Notes under the pieces: generated by a model | Told to the model about the DNA's origin: nothing | What the model saw: only the letters and a program-made list of their open reading frames with translations | The model's database searches: none | Assembly (NCBI GenBank): GCA_964389135.1 | Contig: CAYMDA010000003.1 | Span: 105,206 to 169,205, forward strand | Direction of reading: 5' to 3' | DNA from: an uncultured Verrucomicrobiota bacterium | GTDB lineage: Bacteria; Verrucomicrobiota; Verrucomicrobiia; Limisphaerales; CAIMTB01 | DNA length: 64,000 nt | Shown: positions 51,832 to 61,341 of the stretch, piece by piece | Layout of the letters: each line of letters opens with the position of its first letter | How positions within the stretch are numbered: the first letter of the stretch is position 1 | Position numbers and translations under genes: made by a program

Positions 51832-52848
51832 ATGAAACCATTTTTGACGGCGCTGATCCTGGCGGCTGCGGTCCACCTCGCGCGCGGAGCGGAGAGGGCT
51901 GATCCCATGGTCGTCAACGGGATCGCGGCCCTGGTGGGCAAGTCGGTCATCACGCGCGAGCAGGTCCAGCGCGTGGCGGCGCCGCTGATCTCGGCGCACC
52001 TCGAGCGCTACGGCGACCGGCCCGACGTGCTTCGGCGCCAGATCGAACTCTCGCTCTCGGAGGTGCTCGAGCGCCTCGTGGAACGGCGCCTGATCCTCCA
52101 GGAGTTCGAGGACATGAACGTCGCGATCCCCGAGTCGATCATCGACGACCACATCGACGAACAGATCCGCCGCCGCTTCGGCTCGGATCGCGCGCTCCTC
52201 ACCAAGACCCTGCAGGAGGAGGGGTCCACGTCCGAAGGGCTTCGCCGCGAGATCCGCGAACAGTTCATCGAGATCATCATGCGGCAGCGCAACGTGCCGC
52301 GAGAGCGCGACATCCTCATCTCACCCGGCCGCATCGAGCGCTACTACCTCGACAACCAGGATCGCTTCCGCATCGCCGACCAGGTCAAGCTCAGCATGAT
52401 CGTCATCGACAAGTCCCGGAGCCTTGTCGATCCCCTCCGGCTGGCCCGCGAGATCCAGGCCAAGCTCGACGAGGGCGCGAGCTTCGCCGAAATGGCCGCG
52501 GTCTACTCCGACGGTTCCCAGGCGCGCGAGGGCGGCTCGTGGGGGTGGGTCGAGAGAAGCGTCCTGCGCGAGGACCTCGCGGAGATCGCGTTCTCCATGC
52601 AGCCGGACACGCGGAGCGACCTCATCGACAAGCCGGAAGCCGTTTATCTGATGCAGGTGGACGATGTCCGCGCCGCCCATGTGCGCCCACTTTCCGAGGT
52701 GCGCGACGAGATCGAGCGCACCCTCACCCTCCAGGAGAGGGCGCGCCTCGAGCAGCAGTGGCTGGACCGACTGCGCCGGAAGACGTTCGTCGCGCGTTTC
52801 TGGGACCTGCCCAGCCCGCCCCGCGCCACGGCGGAGGGGCGCCGCTGA
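51832..52848 (+). CDS. SurA/PrsA-like periplasmic chaperone with parvulin-type peptidyl-prolyl isomerase domain
   Basis: Signal peptide MKPFLTALILAAAVHLARG. SurA_N-like helical region. Parvulin region (KLSMIVI...ASFAEMAAVYSDGSQAREGGSWGWV). Start set at the internal ATG. Confidence 0.7.
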   Translation: MKPFLTALILAAAVHLARGAERADPMVVNGIAALVGKSVITREQVQRVAAPLISAHLERYGDRPDVLRRQIELSLSEVLERLVERRLILQEFEDMNVAIPESIIDDHIDEQIRRRFGSDRALLTKTLQEEGSTSEGLRREIREQFIEIIMRQRNVPRERDILISPGRIERYYLDNQDRFRIADQVKLSMIVIDKSRSLVDPLRLAREIQAKLDEGASFAEMAAVYSDGSQAREGGSWGWVERSVLREDLAEIAFSMQPDTRSDLIDKPEAVYLMQVDDVRAAHVRPLSEVRDEIERTLTLQERARLEQQWLDRLRRKTFVARFWDLPSPPRATAEGRR

Positions 52849-52933
52849 AGGATCGGGGCTCGCCGGAGTCCCCGGGAGCCGGGCGTGGCGTGAGACCTCG
52901 CCCGAGACCTCCCACGGAGGCGCTGCCGCGGGC

Positions 52934-53650
52934 CTAGCCCCACTTCTCCACGCGCATCTGCTCCTTCGGGATGTTCAGGTCGCGGAGCACGATCTGCTCG
53001 GCGAACTCGACCAGCGCGTTGGGCCCGCAGGCGTAGAACACCGTCTTCGCCGGGTCGGTCACATGCTCGCGCACCCAGTGCGCGGTGATGCGGCCGTGAT
53101 GCCCCGCCCACGCGTCCGACTCCGTCAGCCGCGTGCAGGTGACGTGGAACGACAGGTTCGGGTTCTGGCTCGCAAGCTCCTCGAACTCCGTCCGGAAGAT
53201 GATGTCCGGCGGACGACGCACGCTGTACAGGATCGTGATCCGTGTCGGGAGCTGGCGCCGCGTGGCCTCGCGGGCGAAGCCGCGGAACGGCGTGACCCCG
53301 GAGCCGCCCGCGATGCAGATCAGGTGGCGGTCCGGCTCGAGGACCGGGAGGAATCGGCCCGTGGGCGGATACACGCCGAGACGATCGCCCTCGCGGGCCC
53401 AGTCCACGATGCGCGTTCCCATCTTGCCGTCGCGCTTCACGGTCACCTCGTAGAAGCCACGGTCGAGACTGCACGAGGACAGGGAGTAGGCCCGCTTGTA
53501 GAGCGGAGTGTCCGGCCAGTAGAGCGTGATGAACTGCCCGGTCTTGAAGTCCACATCGTATCCTTCCGGCCAGCGAAGCCGCAGGGTCTTCACGTCGGCC
53601 GCCTCCGTGGTGACCTTCTCGATCACCATTTCCGCGATCAGTTTTGCCAT
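52934..53650 (-). CDS. FNR-like FAD/NAD(P)-binding oxidoreductase (ferredoxin reductase-type)
   Basis: RAYSLSS (RxYS FAD motif), GKMGTRI, and ICIAGGSGVTPF (NAD(P) binding), ending in YACGP. Start ATG 53650 lies 2 nt after the stop of the upstream gene. Confidence 0.8.
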   Translation of the reverse strand: MAKLIAEMVIEKVTTEAADVKTLRLRWPEGYDVDFKTGQFITLYWPDTPLYKRAYSLSSCSLDRGFYEVTVKRDGKMGTRIVDWAREGDRLGVYPPTGRFLPVLEPDRHLICIAGGSGVTPFRGFAREATRRQLPTRITILYSVRRPPDIIFRTEFEELASQNPNLSFHVTCTRLTESDAWAGHHGRITAHWVREHVTDPAKTVFYACGPNALVEFAEQIVLRDLNIPKEQMRVEKWG

Positions 53651-53652
53651 GA

Positions 53653-54549
53653 TCAGGTTTCCCGTACCTCGGGAGACATCGTTTGCGACAGGGTGATGCC
53701 CGTCTCCGCCGCGGGCGACCCCGCCGGGGCCTGCGGCACCGGAGCACCCGGGGACGGCGGCGTGGCGGGTTCCCGAAGGACCCGCACGATGATGGGGCGC
53801 AGCATCTGGCCCTGATAGATCAGCCCCGGCGCGACCGTCTCGTCCACGCGGGCGTCCGGACCCGGCGCGGCGCCGTCGATGCACTGGTGGCGCCGCGGAT
53901 CAAACCGCTCGTCCGGCGCGGCCACCTGGGTGCTGAATCCCACCCGCCGGAGGGCGTCGCGGCAGGCCGCATGAAACTTCTCGATCTGCTGGACCACGGC
54001 GGGCTGCCCGGAACGGACCGCCGCGACGTGCAGCGCGAACACATGATCCATGACACGGCTCACGGCCTGGAGCCAGTCGCCCTCTCCGCGCCGCAGCTTG
54101 TCCACCTCGAGGCGCAGGTTCTGTTTCTCCTCGTCCGAGGTTCGGGCGACGGTGGCGGCGAGTTCCCTCGAATCGCGCCCGAGCTTCTCCGCGATGCCGC
54201 GGGCCGTCTCGGCGGTGCTGCGGGCGCTTTCGTGCACCGCCTGCCACTGGCTCGTGGCCGCGGCGATCCGGTCGGCGACGTCCTCGAGCTGCCCGATGCG
54301 CGCCGCGGTGTCGGCCAGCCGGCCGGTCTCCGCCAGCTTGAGCGCCCCGTCATACTCCTTCAGGTACGGGAGCACCGCGAGCCATGCGCCGAGGCCGGCG
54401 CAGCCGACAACCGCCAGCATGGGCCAGAGCTCCAGCGGGCGCTGCCCGAGCGCCACCAGCGTTGCGGCGGTCCCCAGCAGAACCACGTCGGCAAAGAAGA
54501 ACGGCCACTTGCCCAGGCGCGGATCCTTGTGTTCGACCATGTGCCTCAC
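53653..54549 (-). CDS. membrane-anchored protein with coiled-coil and GrpE-like C-terminal domain
   Basis: Two predicted TM helices (WPFFFADVVLLGTAATLVAL, MLAVVGCAGLGAWLAVLPYL) and a long helical region. Then RRVGFSTQVAAPDERFDPRRHQCI....VDETVAPGLIYQGQMLRPIIVRV is colinear with the GrpE beta-domain pattern (G.e.i...G..FDP..H.A......v....v...GY...g..lRpa.V.V). Confidence 0.6.
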   Translation of the reverse strand: MRHMVEHKDPRLGKWPFFFADVVLLGTAATLVALGQRPLELWPMLAVVGCAGLGAWLAVLPYLKEYDGALKLAETGRLADTAARIGQLEDVADRIAAATSQWQAVHESARSTAETARGIAEKLGRDSRELAATVARTSDEEKQNLRLEVDKLRRGEGDWLQAVSRVMDHVFALHVAAVRSGQPAVVQQIEKFHAACRDALRRVGFSTQVAAPDERFDPRRHQCIDGAAPGPDARVDETVAPGLIYQGQMLRPIIVRVLREPATPPSPGAPVPQAPAGSPAAETGITLSQTMSPEVRET

Positions 54550-54607
54550 AGCCTAGCGAATCCGCCGCCGACTGGGCCAAGCGGTTTTTCGCCTCCCGGC
54601 CCGGCGC

Positions 54608-55489
54608 TCAGGTCGCCGGCACGCTGCGCTGGAGCAGAAGGGCCGCGGCGAAGAAGGCGAGGAAGACGACGCCCCACGGCAGTAACGGCGGCGCGAGCGA
54701 CGCGAGGTCCACGAGCGCGATGCCGGCGAGCAATCCCGACACGGTCCTCACCGGCCCTGCCGGATCGCGGCGGAACAGTTGCGACACCGAGCGAACCGTC
54801 CAGAGCACATACACCAGCACGGGCGCGGCCACCGTCGGTTCGAACCAGTCGCCCGGAGGATTGACGAACCCGGCAAGGACGACCGGCGCGGCGAGGCCCG
54901 CCAGCGGCCACCAGCGCTGCACCCCGCCGGTGATTTCGCCCTTCGCCACGTGGCTCAGGCCGACGATGTACACGCCGAGCACGAGCGCGGTCCACACCAC
55001 GAGGCCGGTCACCCCCCGTTCCGCGGCCGATCCGCCGGTGATGAAGAGCAGGTATCTGCAGAGCGCCATCAGCACCGGCGAGAAGGCGATGTACTTGTGC
55101 GTGGCGTTGTACACGACCACCGCCATCACCAGCAGCGACCCCAGGGAGAGCGGCGCCCATCCGAGGATGCCGAGCAGCCCGAGACCCGCCGCGCTCAGCC
55201 CGAGGCCGGCCCGCCAGACTGCGCTCTCCGAAACCGCGCCGGCCGGGATCGGCCGCTCCCGGCGATGACGCCGGTCGAACTCCGCGTCGAACGCGTCGTT
55301 CAGCAGCATCCCCGCCACGTAGATCGCGCTCGCGCCGATCGCGAGAAGGATGAACCGCCACGCGGGGCCGCCTCCCGCCAGCAGCCACGCCGCGAGACAG
55401 TTGGACCAGACGGTCGGGAGGTTCGAGATGCGTCCGAGCACGAGCCATGGGCGCAGCCGCGCCGGAGGGGACATCACAGCCGTGAACAT
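54608..55489 (-). CDS. UbiA-superfamily prenyltransferase-like membrane protein
   Basis: Polytopic membrane protein with the first Asp-rich motif NDAFDAEFDRRHRRERPIPAG. I could not find the second DxxxD motif by eye. Start set at the internal ATG (MFTAVM); ATG 55528 is an alternative. Confidence 0.65.
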   Translation of the reverse strand: MFTAVMSPPARLRPWLVLGRISNLPTVWSNCLAAWLLAGGGPAWRFILLAIGASAIYVAGMLLNDAFDAEFDRRHRRERPIPAGAVSESAVWRAGLGLSAAGLGLLGILGWAPLSLGSLLVMAVVVYNATHKYIAFSPVLMALCRYLLFITGGSAAERGVTGLVVWTALVLGVYIVGLSHVAKGEITGGVQRWWPLAGLAAPVVLAGFVNPPGDWFEPTVAAPVLVYVLWTVRSVSQLFRRDPAGPVRTVSGLLAGIALVDLASLAPPLLPWGVVFLAFFAAALLLQRSVPAT

Positions 55490-55661
55490 CGCCGCGGATG
55501 AAACCCGCCGCGCCGGGGGGACGTCCATCCCGGTTTGCGCGGCCGCCGTCCGGGATTCGGCGACGGGCCTCCCGCCTTCCTGCCGCGGCGGCCATGCCCG
55601 TCCCGGGCGTTTGAAGGGTCCGTGGCCTTGGAATTTTCCCCGCCGCACTTAGCCTTCGCAC

Positions 55662-57203
55662 ATGACGAAGGGAAATGTCGGGACTGTGTACCTTGTGGGC
55701 GCCGGGCCGGGTGACCCCGGCCTGCTCACGCTGCGCGGTGCCGAACTCATCGCCCGCGCGGACGTCGTGGTGCATGACGCGCTGGTGAACCCGGGCCTGC
55801 TGCGTCACGCGCGCCCGGACGCGGAGATCATTGCCGCCGGAAAGCGCGGCGCCGACCGCTCCATTTCACAGGAGGAACTGAACCGGCTCCTCATCGCCAA
55901 GGCGCGTGCGGGGAAGATGGTCGTGCGGCTGAAGGGCGGTGATCCCTACGTCTTCGGACGCGGCGCCGAGGAGGCCGCGGAACTGGTCGATGCCGGGATT
56001 CCGTTCGAGGTCGTCCCGGGCGTGTCCTCGTTCGGGGCGGTGCCGTCCGCGGCGGGAATCCCCCTGACCCACCGGGGGATCGCCTCGGCCTTCACGGTGG
56101 TGACGGGGCACGAGGATCCCTCGAAGGAATCGAGCTCCGTGGACTGGGACGACGTTGCGAGGTTCCACGGAACGAAGGTGATCCTCATGGGGATGGACCG
56201 GCTGGCCGCGATCGTCGCGCGCCTGACCGAGGGGGGCATGCCTGCGTCCACGCCGATCGCGCTGATCCGCTGGGGAACGACGCCGCAGCAGCAATGCGTG
56301 GTGGGCACCCTCGGCGACATCGCCACCCGCGCCGAGGCCGTGAAGCTCGCCGCGCCGGTCATCGCCGTGATCGGGGACGTCGTGCGCCTGCGTTCGAAGC
56401 TGAACTGGTTCGAGGGGCGTCCCCTGTTCGGAAGGAAGGTGGTCGTCACGCGATCCCGCGAGCAGTCGCGCGAGCTGGCCTCGAGGTTCCTCGAACTCGG
56501 GGCGGAGGTGCTCGAGATCCCGACGATCCGGTTCGGGCCGCCGTCGTCCCGCACGCCGATGATCGAGGCGCTCGCCGGGCTCGGTGAGTACGACTGGATC
56601 GTGTTCAGCAGTCCGAACGGGGTGAACGCGTTCTTCGATGCGCTCTTCGCCGCGTACGAGGACATCCGCGCGGTGGGCAACCTGCGCATCGCCGCGGTCG
56701 GGCCCGCCACGGCCATGCGCCTGCGGGAGCTGCACCTGCGCGTGGACGCGCAGCCGTCCGAGTTCCTCGGCCGCAGGATCGCCGAGGCGATCGCCGAGAA
56801 GGAGACCCTCGAGAACCTGCGCGTGCTCGTCGCCCGCGCCCAGACGGCGAATCCCGAACTCTGCGCCGAGCTCGAGAGCCGCGGAGCCATCGTGGATGAC
56901 GTGGCGTTCTACCAGACCTCGCCGGAACCGGCCGACGCAACCAGCTCCGCGCTGCTGGAGAGCGGCGCCGACTGGATCACGTTCACCAGCGGATCGACCG
57001 TGGAGAGCTTCCACGCGCAGTTCAACCTCACCGCGCTGGTCGCAAGGCACCCGCGCATCCGCCTGGCCACCATCGGTCCGGAGACGACGAAGGCGGTGTC
57101 CGCGCTCGGGCTCCCCGCCGTCCAGGCGAAGACGTACACCGTGCCGGGCCTGGTCCAGGCGGTGCTCGATGCCGTGACCGGCGAATCCGAGGCGAAAGCA
57201 TGA
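55662..57203 (+). CDS. cobA: bifunctional uroporphyrinogen-III C-methyltransferase / uroporphyrinogen-III synthase
   Basis: N-terminal VYLVGAGPGDPGLLTLRG...VVVHDAL...RLKGGDP (TP_methylase), then a C-terminal HemD-like half (GRKVVVTRSREQ...DWIVFSSPNGV...ITFTSGSTV). Confidence 0.85.
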   Translation: MTKGNVGTVYLVGAGPGDPGLLTLRGAELIARADVVVHDALVNPGLLRHARPDAEIIAAGKRGADRSISQEELNRLLIAKARAGKMVVRLKGGDPYVFGRGAEEAAELVDAGIPFEVVPGVSSFGAVPSAAGIPLTHRGIASAFTVVTGHEDPSKESSSVDWDDVARFHGTKVILMGMDRLAAIVARLTEGGMPASTPIALIRWGTTPQQQCVVGTLGDIATRAEAVKLAAPVIAVIGDVVRLRSKLNWFEGRPLFGRKVVVTRSREQSRELASRFLELGAEVLEIPTIRFGPPSSRTPMIEALAGLGEYDWIVFSSPNGVNAFFDALFAAYEDIRAVGNLRIAAVGPATAMRLRELHLRVDAQPSEFLGRRIAEAIAEKETLENLRVLVARAQTANPELCAELESRGAIVDDVAFYQTSPEPADATSSALLESGADWITFTSGSTVESFHAQFNLTALVARHPRIRLATIGPETTKAVSALGLPAVQAKTYTVPGLVQAVLDAVTGESEAKA

Positions 57204-57267
57204 CCCCGGCCGCGCCGCGGCGCGGGTCGCCCCCCGCCTCTCCGGGCCGGCCGGGCGCCGGCCGCGG

Positions 57268-58281
57268 TCACCACGTGTCCTGACGGGCGACGCTTCCGAC
57301 GCCCGGCAATGCCCTGCGCGCCTGCGGAACTAGGGAACGCCCCAGCGCGCGCGGGCGGGTCCGGCTGCCCGTGGTCTCGCCCCGCCACGAGCCGCCGCCG
57401 TCGAACGCCATCGCGGACAGTCGCAGACCGCCGTCCGGTGTGATGCGCGCCAGGGCCGCGACCGGACTCCGGCAGCCTCCTCCCATCCCCGCAAGGAAGG
57501 CGCGTTCCGCGTCCACGCAGCTCCGGGTGTCGGGGTCCTCGAGCGCGCGACAGAATCGCAGGACGCGCCGGTCGCCCCGGCGGCACTCGATCCCGATCGC
57601 CGCCTGCCCCGGGGCCGGCAGCATGACGTCCTCGGGAAGAATGCCGGCGACGAGGGGCGCCCCCCAGCCCTCCGGCGCCAGCCCGGGCGGCGCCTCGAGC
57701 TCGCCATCGGGGCCGATGCGGATCCCGAGGCGCTCGAGGCCGGCCGCGGCGAGCAGCGTCGCGTCGCAGGTCTCGCGCAGGGCGAGCTTGCGGAGCCGCG
57801 TGGGCACGTTGCCGCGGATCTCGACGAGCGCGAGATCCGGACGCCGGACGCGGATCTGCGCCGCGCGGCGCGTGCTGCTCGTCGCGACCACCGCGCCGGC
57901 GGGAAGGTCCTCGAGCCGGGCCGCGCCGCTTTCGCGCCTCACGACCAGCACGTCGCGGGGGTCCGCGCGCGGAAGCACCGCGCCGAGGCAGAGGCCGTCG
58001 GGCAGTTGCGTGGGAAGGTCCTTGAGACTGTGCACCGCGAGGTCTGCGGACCCGTCCAGGAGCGCCACCTCGAGCTCCTTGGTGAAGAGGCCCTTCGGCA
58101 GCGCGGGCGGCGGCCCGCGGAGCGAGAGGGTCTGCAGGCGGTCGCCCGTCGTCTTGATGATGGCCAGTTCGAACTCGATCCCGGGGAAGAGGCGCTCGCA
58201 CGCGGCCTTCACGCCCCTCGCCTGCGCGAGGGCGAGCGCGCTTCCGCGCGTGGCGATGCGCACCGGCGCGCGGCCGCTCAC
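57268..58281 (-). CDS. hemC: hydroxymethylbilane synthase (porphobilinogen deaminase)
   Basis: RIATRGSALALAQ, IIKTTGD, LFTKELE, DLAVHSLKD and a C-terminal GGCRSPVAA (cofactor Cys). GTG start overlaps the hemA stop by 4 nt (GTGA). Confidence 0.9.
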   Translation of the reverse strand: MSGRAPVRIATRGSALALAQARGVKAACERLFPGIEFELAIIKTTGDRLQTLSLRGPPPALPKGLFTKELEVALLDGSADLAVHSLKDLPTQLPDGLCLGAVLPRADPRDVLVVRRESGAARLEDLPAGAVVATSSTRRAAQIRVRRPDLALVEIRGNVPTRLRKLALRETCDATLLAAAGLERLGIRIGPDGELEAPPGLAPEGWGAPLVAGILPEDVMLPAPGQAAIGIECRRGDRRVLRFCRALEDPDTRSCVDAERAFLAGMGGGCRSPVAALARITPDGGLRLSAMAFDGGGSWRGETTGSRTRPRALGRSLVPQARRALPGVGSVARQDTW

Positions 58282-59336
58282 GACACCTCCAGCATGGGTT
58301 CGGAGGATCCCGGCACCACGAGGCGGGGTCCCGCGCCGCCGTTCAGCAGCGCGGCCACCTTCTCCTGGATGATGGATTCGCAGCGTTCCATCTCGGCCTG
58401 GCGCTTGCGCAGGTGCGAGTCCGCGATCGCCTGGAGATCGTCCACGTTGAAGAGGTACACGTCCGAAAGGGAGATCACCGAGGGCTCCACGTCGCGCGGC
58501 ACGGCGAGGTCGATGAGCAGGAGCGGCCGGTGGCGGCGCGCGATCATCAGGTCCGAGACGCGGGCGAAATCGAGAATGACGCCCTGCGCGGCCGTGCTCG
58601 TGATGATGATGTCCACCGAGGTTGCCGCGGTCGGCCAGTCGGGGATCGAGGCGGCCCGGGGGCCGAGCGTCTCGGCAAGGGCGCGCCCGCGCTCGACCGA
58701 GCGATTCCAGATCTGCACGGCGGCCGCGCCGCGCGACAGGAGCGCGCGCGCGACCTTCTCGCCCGTGTCGCCCGCGCCGAGGACGAGGACATGGCGCCCC
58801 TCGACGCTCTCGAAGATGTGCTCGGCAAGCTCCACCGCCACCGACGCCACGGAAATCCCCCCGCGCTGGATGTTCGTCTGCGACCGGATCTGCTTGGCGA
58901 TGTGGAAGGCGCGCTGGAACGCGCGGTTCAGGCGGGCGGCGGTGTGACCGTGCTGGCGCGCGGTCTCGTACGCCTTCTTCAACTGGCCGAGGATCTCCGT
59001 CTCGCCGAGCACCATCGAGTCGAGGCCGCTCGCGACGCGGAACAGGTGCGCGACGCTCTCCGGCTCGCCGAGCGAGTACACGGCGCCGCCGGCGGTCTCG
59101 TCATCCACATGACAGTTCTGGAACAGCCAGTGGCGCGCCGCCTCGGCGCGGGCCGGCTCGCCGACGAGGTACAGCTCGACGCGGTTGCAGGTGGACAGCC
59201 AGACGATCTCGTCGAGCCCGGCTGCGGCGCGGACCCGCGCCATCGCCGAAGGCAGATCGGCCTCGGCCACGGCGAAGCGCTCCCGCAGCGCCACCGGGGC
59301 CGTCTTGTGACTCAATCCGACGCAGTACAGGGGCAT
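58278..59336 (-). CDS. hemA: glutamyl-tRNA reductase
   Basis: CVGLSHKTAPVALRE, STCNRVELY (catalytic Cys), GETEILGQ, VLGAGDTGE (NADPH site). Confidence 0.9.
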   Translation of the reverse strand: MPLYCVGLSHKTAPVALRERFAVAEADLPSAMARVRAAAGLDEIVWLSTCNRVELYLVGEPARAEAARHWLFQNCHVDDETAGGAVYSLGEPESVAHLFRVASGLDSMVLGETEILGQLKKAYETARQHGHTAARLNRAFQRAFHIAKQIRSQTNIQRGGISVASVAVELAEHIFESVEGRHVLVLGAGDTGEKVARALLSRGAAAVQIWNRSVERGRALAETLGPRAASIPDWPTAATSVDIIITSTAAQGVILDFARVSDLMIARRHRPLLLIDLAVPRDVEPSVISLSDVYLFNVDDLQAIADSHLRKRQAEMERCESIIQEKVAALLNGGAGPRLVVPGSSEPMLEVS

Positions 59337-59343
59337 GGCGATC

Positions 59344-60162
59344 CTACTGGTGCAGCGGCGAGAGCAGATTCGTGCCCCAGAACGTCAGCATGACGAACGC
59401 GAAACTGCCGAGGGCACCCCACGCGAGCGGACGCGCTCCCCACCCCCGCGTGAAACGCAGGATCAGCAGGATCATGTAGCCGACCCAGACGACCAGCGAC
59501 CATGCCACCTTCGGATCCATCGTGACGCCCGACTCGCCCCGCCCGCGCACCAGCACCAGGCTGAGGAGCAGCCCGAGGGACAGGAGGATGAACCCGACGC
59601 CGAGCGACCGCGTCACGACGGCCTCCAGCCGCTCCATGGACGGCAGCCGCGACCGGACGGCGCGGACCTTGTCGAACTTCAGATTGTATCCCTGCATCAG
59701 GAAGAGCATCGCGGCGACGGCGCTCAGCGCGAACGTCGCGTACGCCAGCAGCACCAGTGCCGCGTGCATGCTGATCAGCCCCCGCATGTTGTCGAACACC
59801 GGGCCCGGCCGGTCCAGCCCGGGTTGAAGCCCGAACACGCCCAGCGCGAGGAGAAGCGGCGATGCCAGCGCGCCGAGAAACCGCAGGCGCGACCACAGGC
59901 CCGCCACCAGGTGACTCGCCGTGACGCCCCACGAGACGAACATCACCGCCTCGAAAAGATTCGTCACCGGGCACTGATTCAGCGTAAAGCCGCGCGCCAC
60001 GAGGGCCGCCGTGTTCGCCACGAAGGCGCACGCGAGCAGCCCGTAGCACCACCAGTCGTCGCGTGTGAAGCCGCGCCGCCAGAGGAAGATCGCATAAATG
60101 CTCGCGGCCGCGTAGAATCCGACGGCCAGCGCGAACAGCCATCGTTCCGACATGCCATCCAC
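59344..60162 (-). CDS. hemX: cytochrome c assembly (CcsA/HemX-like) membrane protein
   Basis: Polytopic membrane protein ending in WAWGALGSFAFVMLTFWGTNLLSPLH (Trp-rich CcsA-family region). Its position directly upstream of hemA mirrors the Bacillus hemAXCDBL arrangement. The symbol is tentative. Confidence 0.65.
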   Translation of the reverse strand: MDGMSERWLFALAVGFYAAASIYAIFLWRRGFTRDDWWCYGLLACAFVANTAALVARGFTLNQCPVTNLFEAVMFVSWGVTASHLVAGLWSRLRFLGALASPLLLALGVFGLQPGLDRPGPVFDNMRGLISMHAALVLLAYATFALSAVAAMLFLMQGYNLKFDKVRAVRSRLPSMERLEAVVTRSLGVGFILLSLGLLLSLVLVRGRGESGVTMDPKVAWSLVVWVGYMILLILRFTRGWGARPLAWGALGSFAFVMLTFWGTNLLSPLHQ

Positions 60163-60252
60163 GCCAGCACCCTACGCCACCGCAGCCGTTGCGGAGAAGG
60201 AAAAGTAGCCCCTTCGCGGCGGCGCCCCCCCGCGCACGCCGCCCCCCTCTGG

Positions 60253-61341
60253 ATGTTCGCCAACGCCGCCAACCCCGAACCTGCCCATCGAGTGCCCCCG
60301 AACCTGCCGCCCCCCAAGGACAACCGCGCCCGTTTCCTGCGCGCCTGCGCGTGCGAACCGGTCGATTTCCCCCCCATCTGGCTGATGCGCCAGGCGGGCC
60401 GCGTCCTTCCGGAGTACCGCCACCTGAAGGAGCGCCATTCGTTCGTGGAAATGGTCCGCACGCCCGAGCTCGCGGCCGAGGTGACCCTGCAGCCGATCCG
60501 ACGGTTCGATTTCGACGCCGCCATCATCTTCAGCGACATCCTCGTCATCCCGGAGGCCATGGGACAGGCCTACCACTTCGCGGACACCGGCGGGATCCGC
60601 ATGGAGTTCGCCCTGCGCGATAGCGGGGACATCGAGCGCCTCGACACCAGCGCGGTCGAGGAGCGCCTCGCGTACGTGGCCCAGGCGCTCCGCCTCGTCC
60701 GCGCGGAGCTGGCCGGACGCACCGCCCTCATCGGGTTCAGCGGCTCGCCGTGGACCCTCGCGAACTTCATGTTCGAGGGCGGAAGCGCGCCGGAGTTCAC
60801 GCGCGCGCGGGCGGTGTTTGAATCGGATCGCGCGACCTACGACGCCCTCGCCTCCCGCCTGACCGACGCGATCATCCGCTACCTCAACCTGCAGTGCGAC
60901 GCAGGCGCGGAGGTGATCCAGGTGTTCGACACCCTCGCGGGCCTGCTGCCGCCGGAGCAGTTCGAGGAGGCTTCCGGCCGATGGCTGCGGGACATCGTGG
61001 GCGCCCTGCGGTCGCGGGTCCCGGTGATCCTGTTCGCGAAAGGCCGCCATGACTGTCTGCAGACGCTCGTCGAGACCGGGGCCCAGGTCCTGAGCGTGGA
61101 TGCGTCCGCCGATCTCGCCGTGCTGCGGGAACGCCTCCCCGCCCGCGTCGGGATCCAGGGAAACCTCGACCCGGAGGTGCTCACGAGCGAGCCCGCGGTT
61201 GTCAGAAGCCGGACACGGGCCATTCTAGAATCGATGCGCGGGCGGGCCGGTCACATCTTCAACCTCGGTCACGGAGTTCCCCCCGCCGCCGCGCTCGAGA
61301 ACATCGAGACCATGATCCAAACGGTTCGCAGCTTCGCATGA
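60253..61341 (+). CDS. hemE: uroporphyrinogen decarboxylase
   Basis: PIWLMRQAGR, FDFDAAIIFSDILV and NLGHGV are hallmark HemE motifs. The first about 300 aa of the 668-aa track ORF are antisense to hemX and non-coding-looking, so the start is set at ATG 60253. Confidence 0.9.
   Translation: MFANAANPEPAHRVPPNLPPPKDNRARFLRACACEPVDFPPIWLMRQAGRVLPEYRHLKERHSFVEMVRTPELAAEVTLQPIRRFDFDAAIIFSDILVIPEAMGQAYHFADTGGIRMEFALRDSGDIERLDTSAVEERLAYVAQALRLVRAELAGRTALIGFSGSPWTLANFMFEGGSAPEFTRARAVFESDRATYDALASRLTDAIIRYLNLQCDAGAEVIQVFDTLAGLLPPEQFEEASGRWLRDIVGALRSRVPVILFAKGRHDCLQTLVETGAQVLSVDASADLAVLRERLPARVGIQGNLDPEVLTSEPAVVRSRTRAILESMRGRAGHIFNLGHGVPPAAALENIETMIQTVRSFA

Noticed and set aside
55490-55661. Possible cobalamin riboswitch upstream of cobA-hemD, and likewise upstream of the TonB receptor at 45922..46106
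   Set aside because: I could not find the conserved B12-box (GCCACTG-type core) or the typical GGGAA/GGTG elements on either strand. Only a covariance-model scan could settle this.
59335-60252. N-terminal about 300 aa of the 668-aa ORF that contains hemE
   Set aside because: It is antisense to the hemX/CcsA-like membrane protein gene, with highly charged Arg/Glu/Pro/His composition. HemE homology only begins near ATG 60253.
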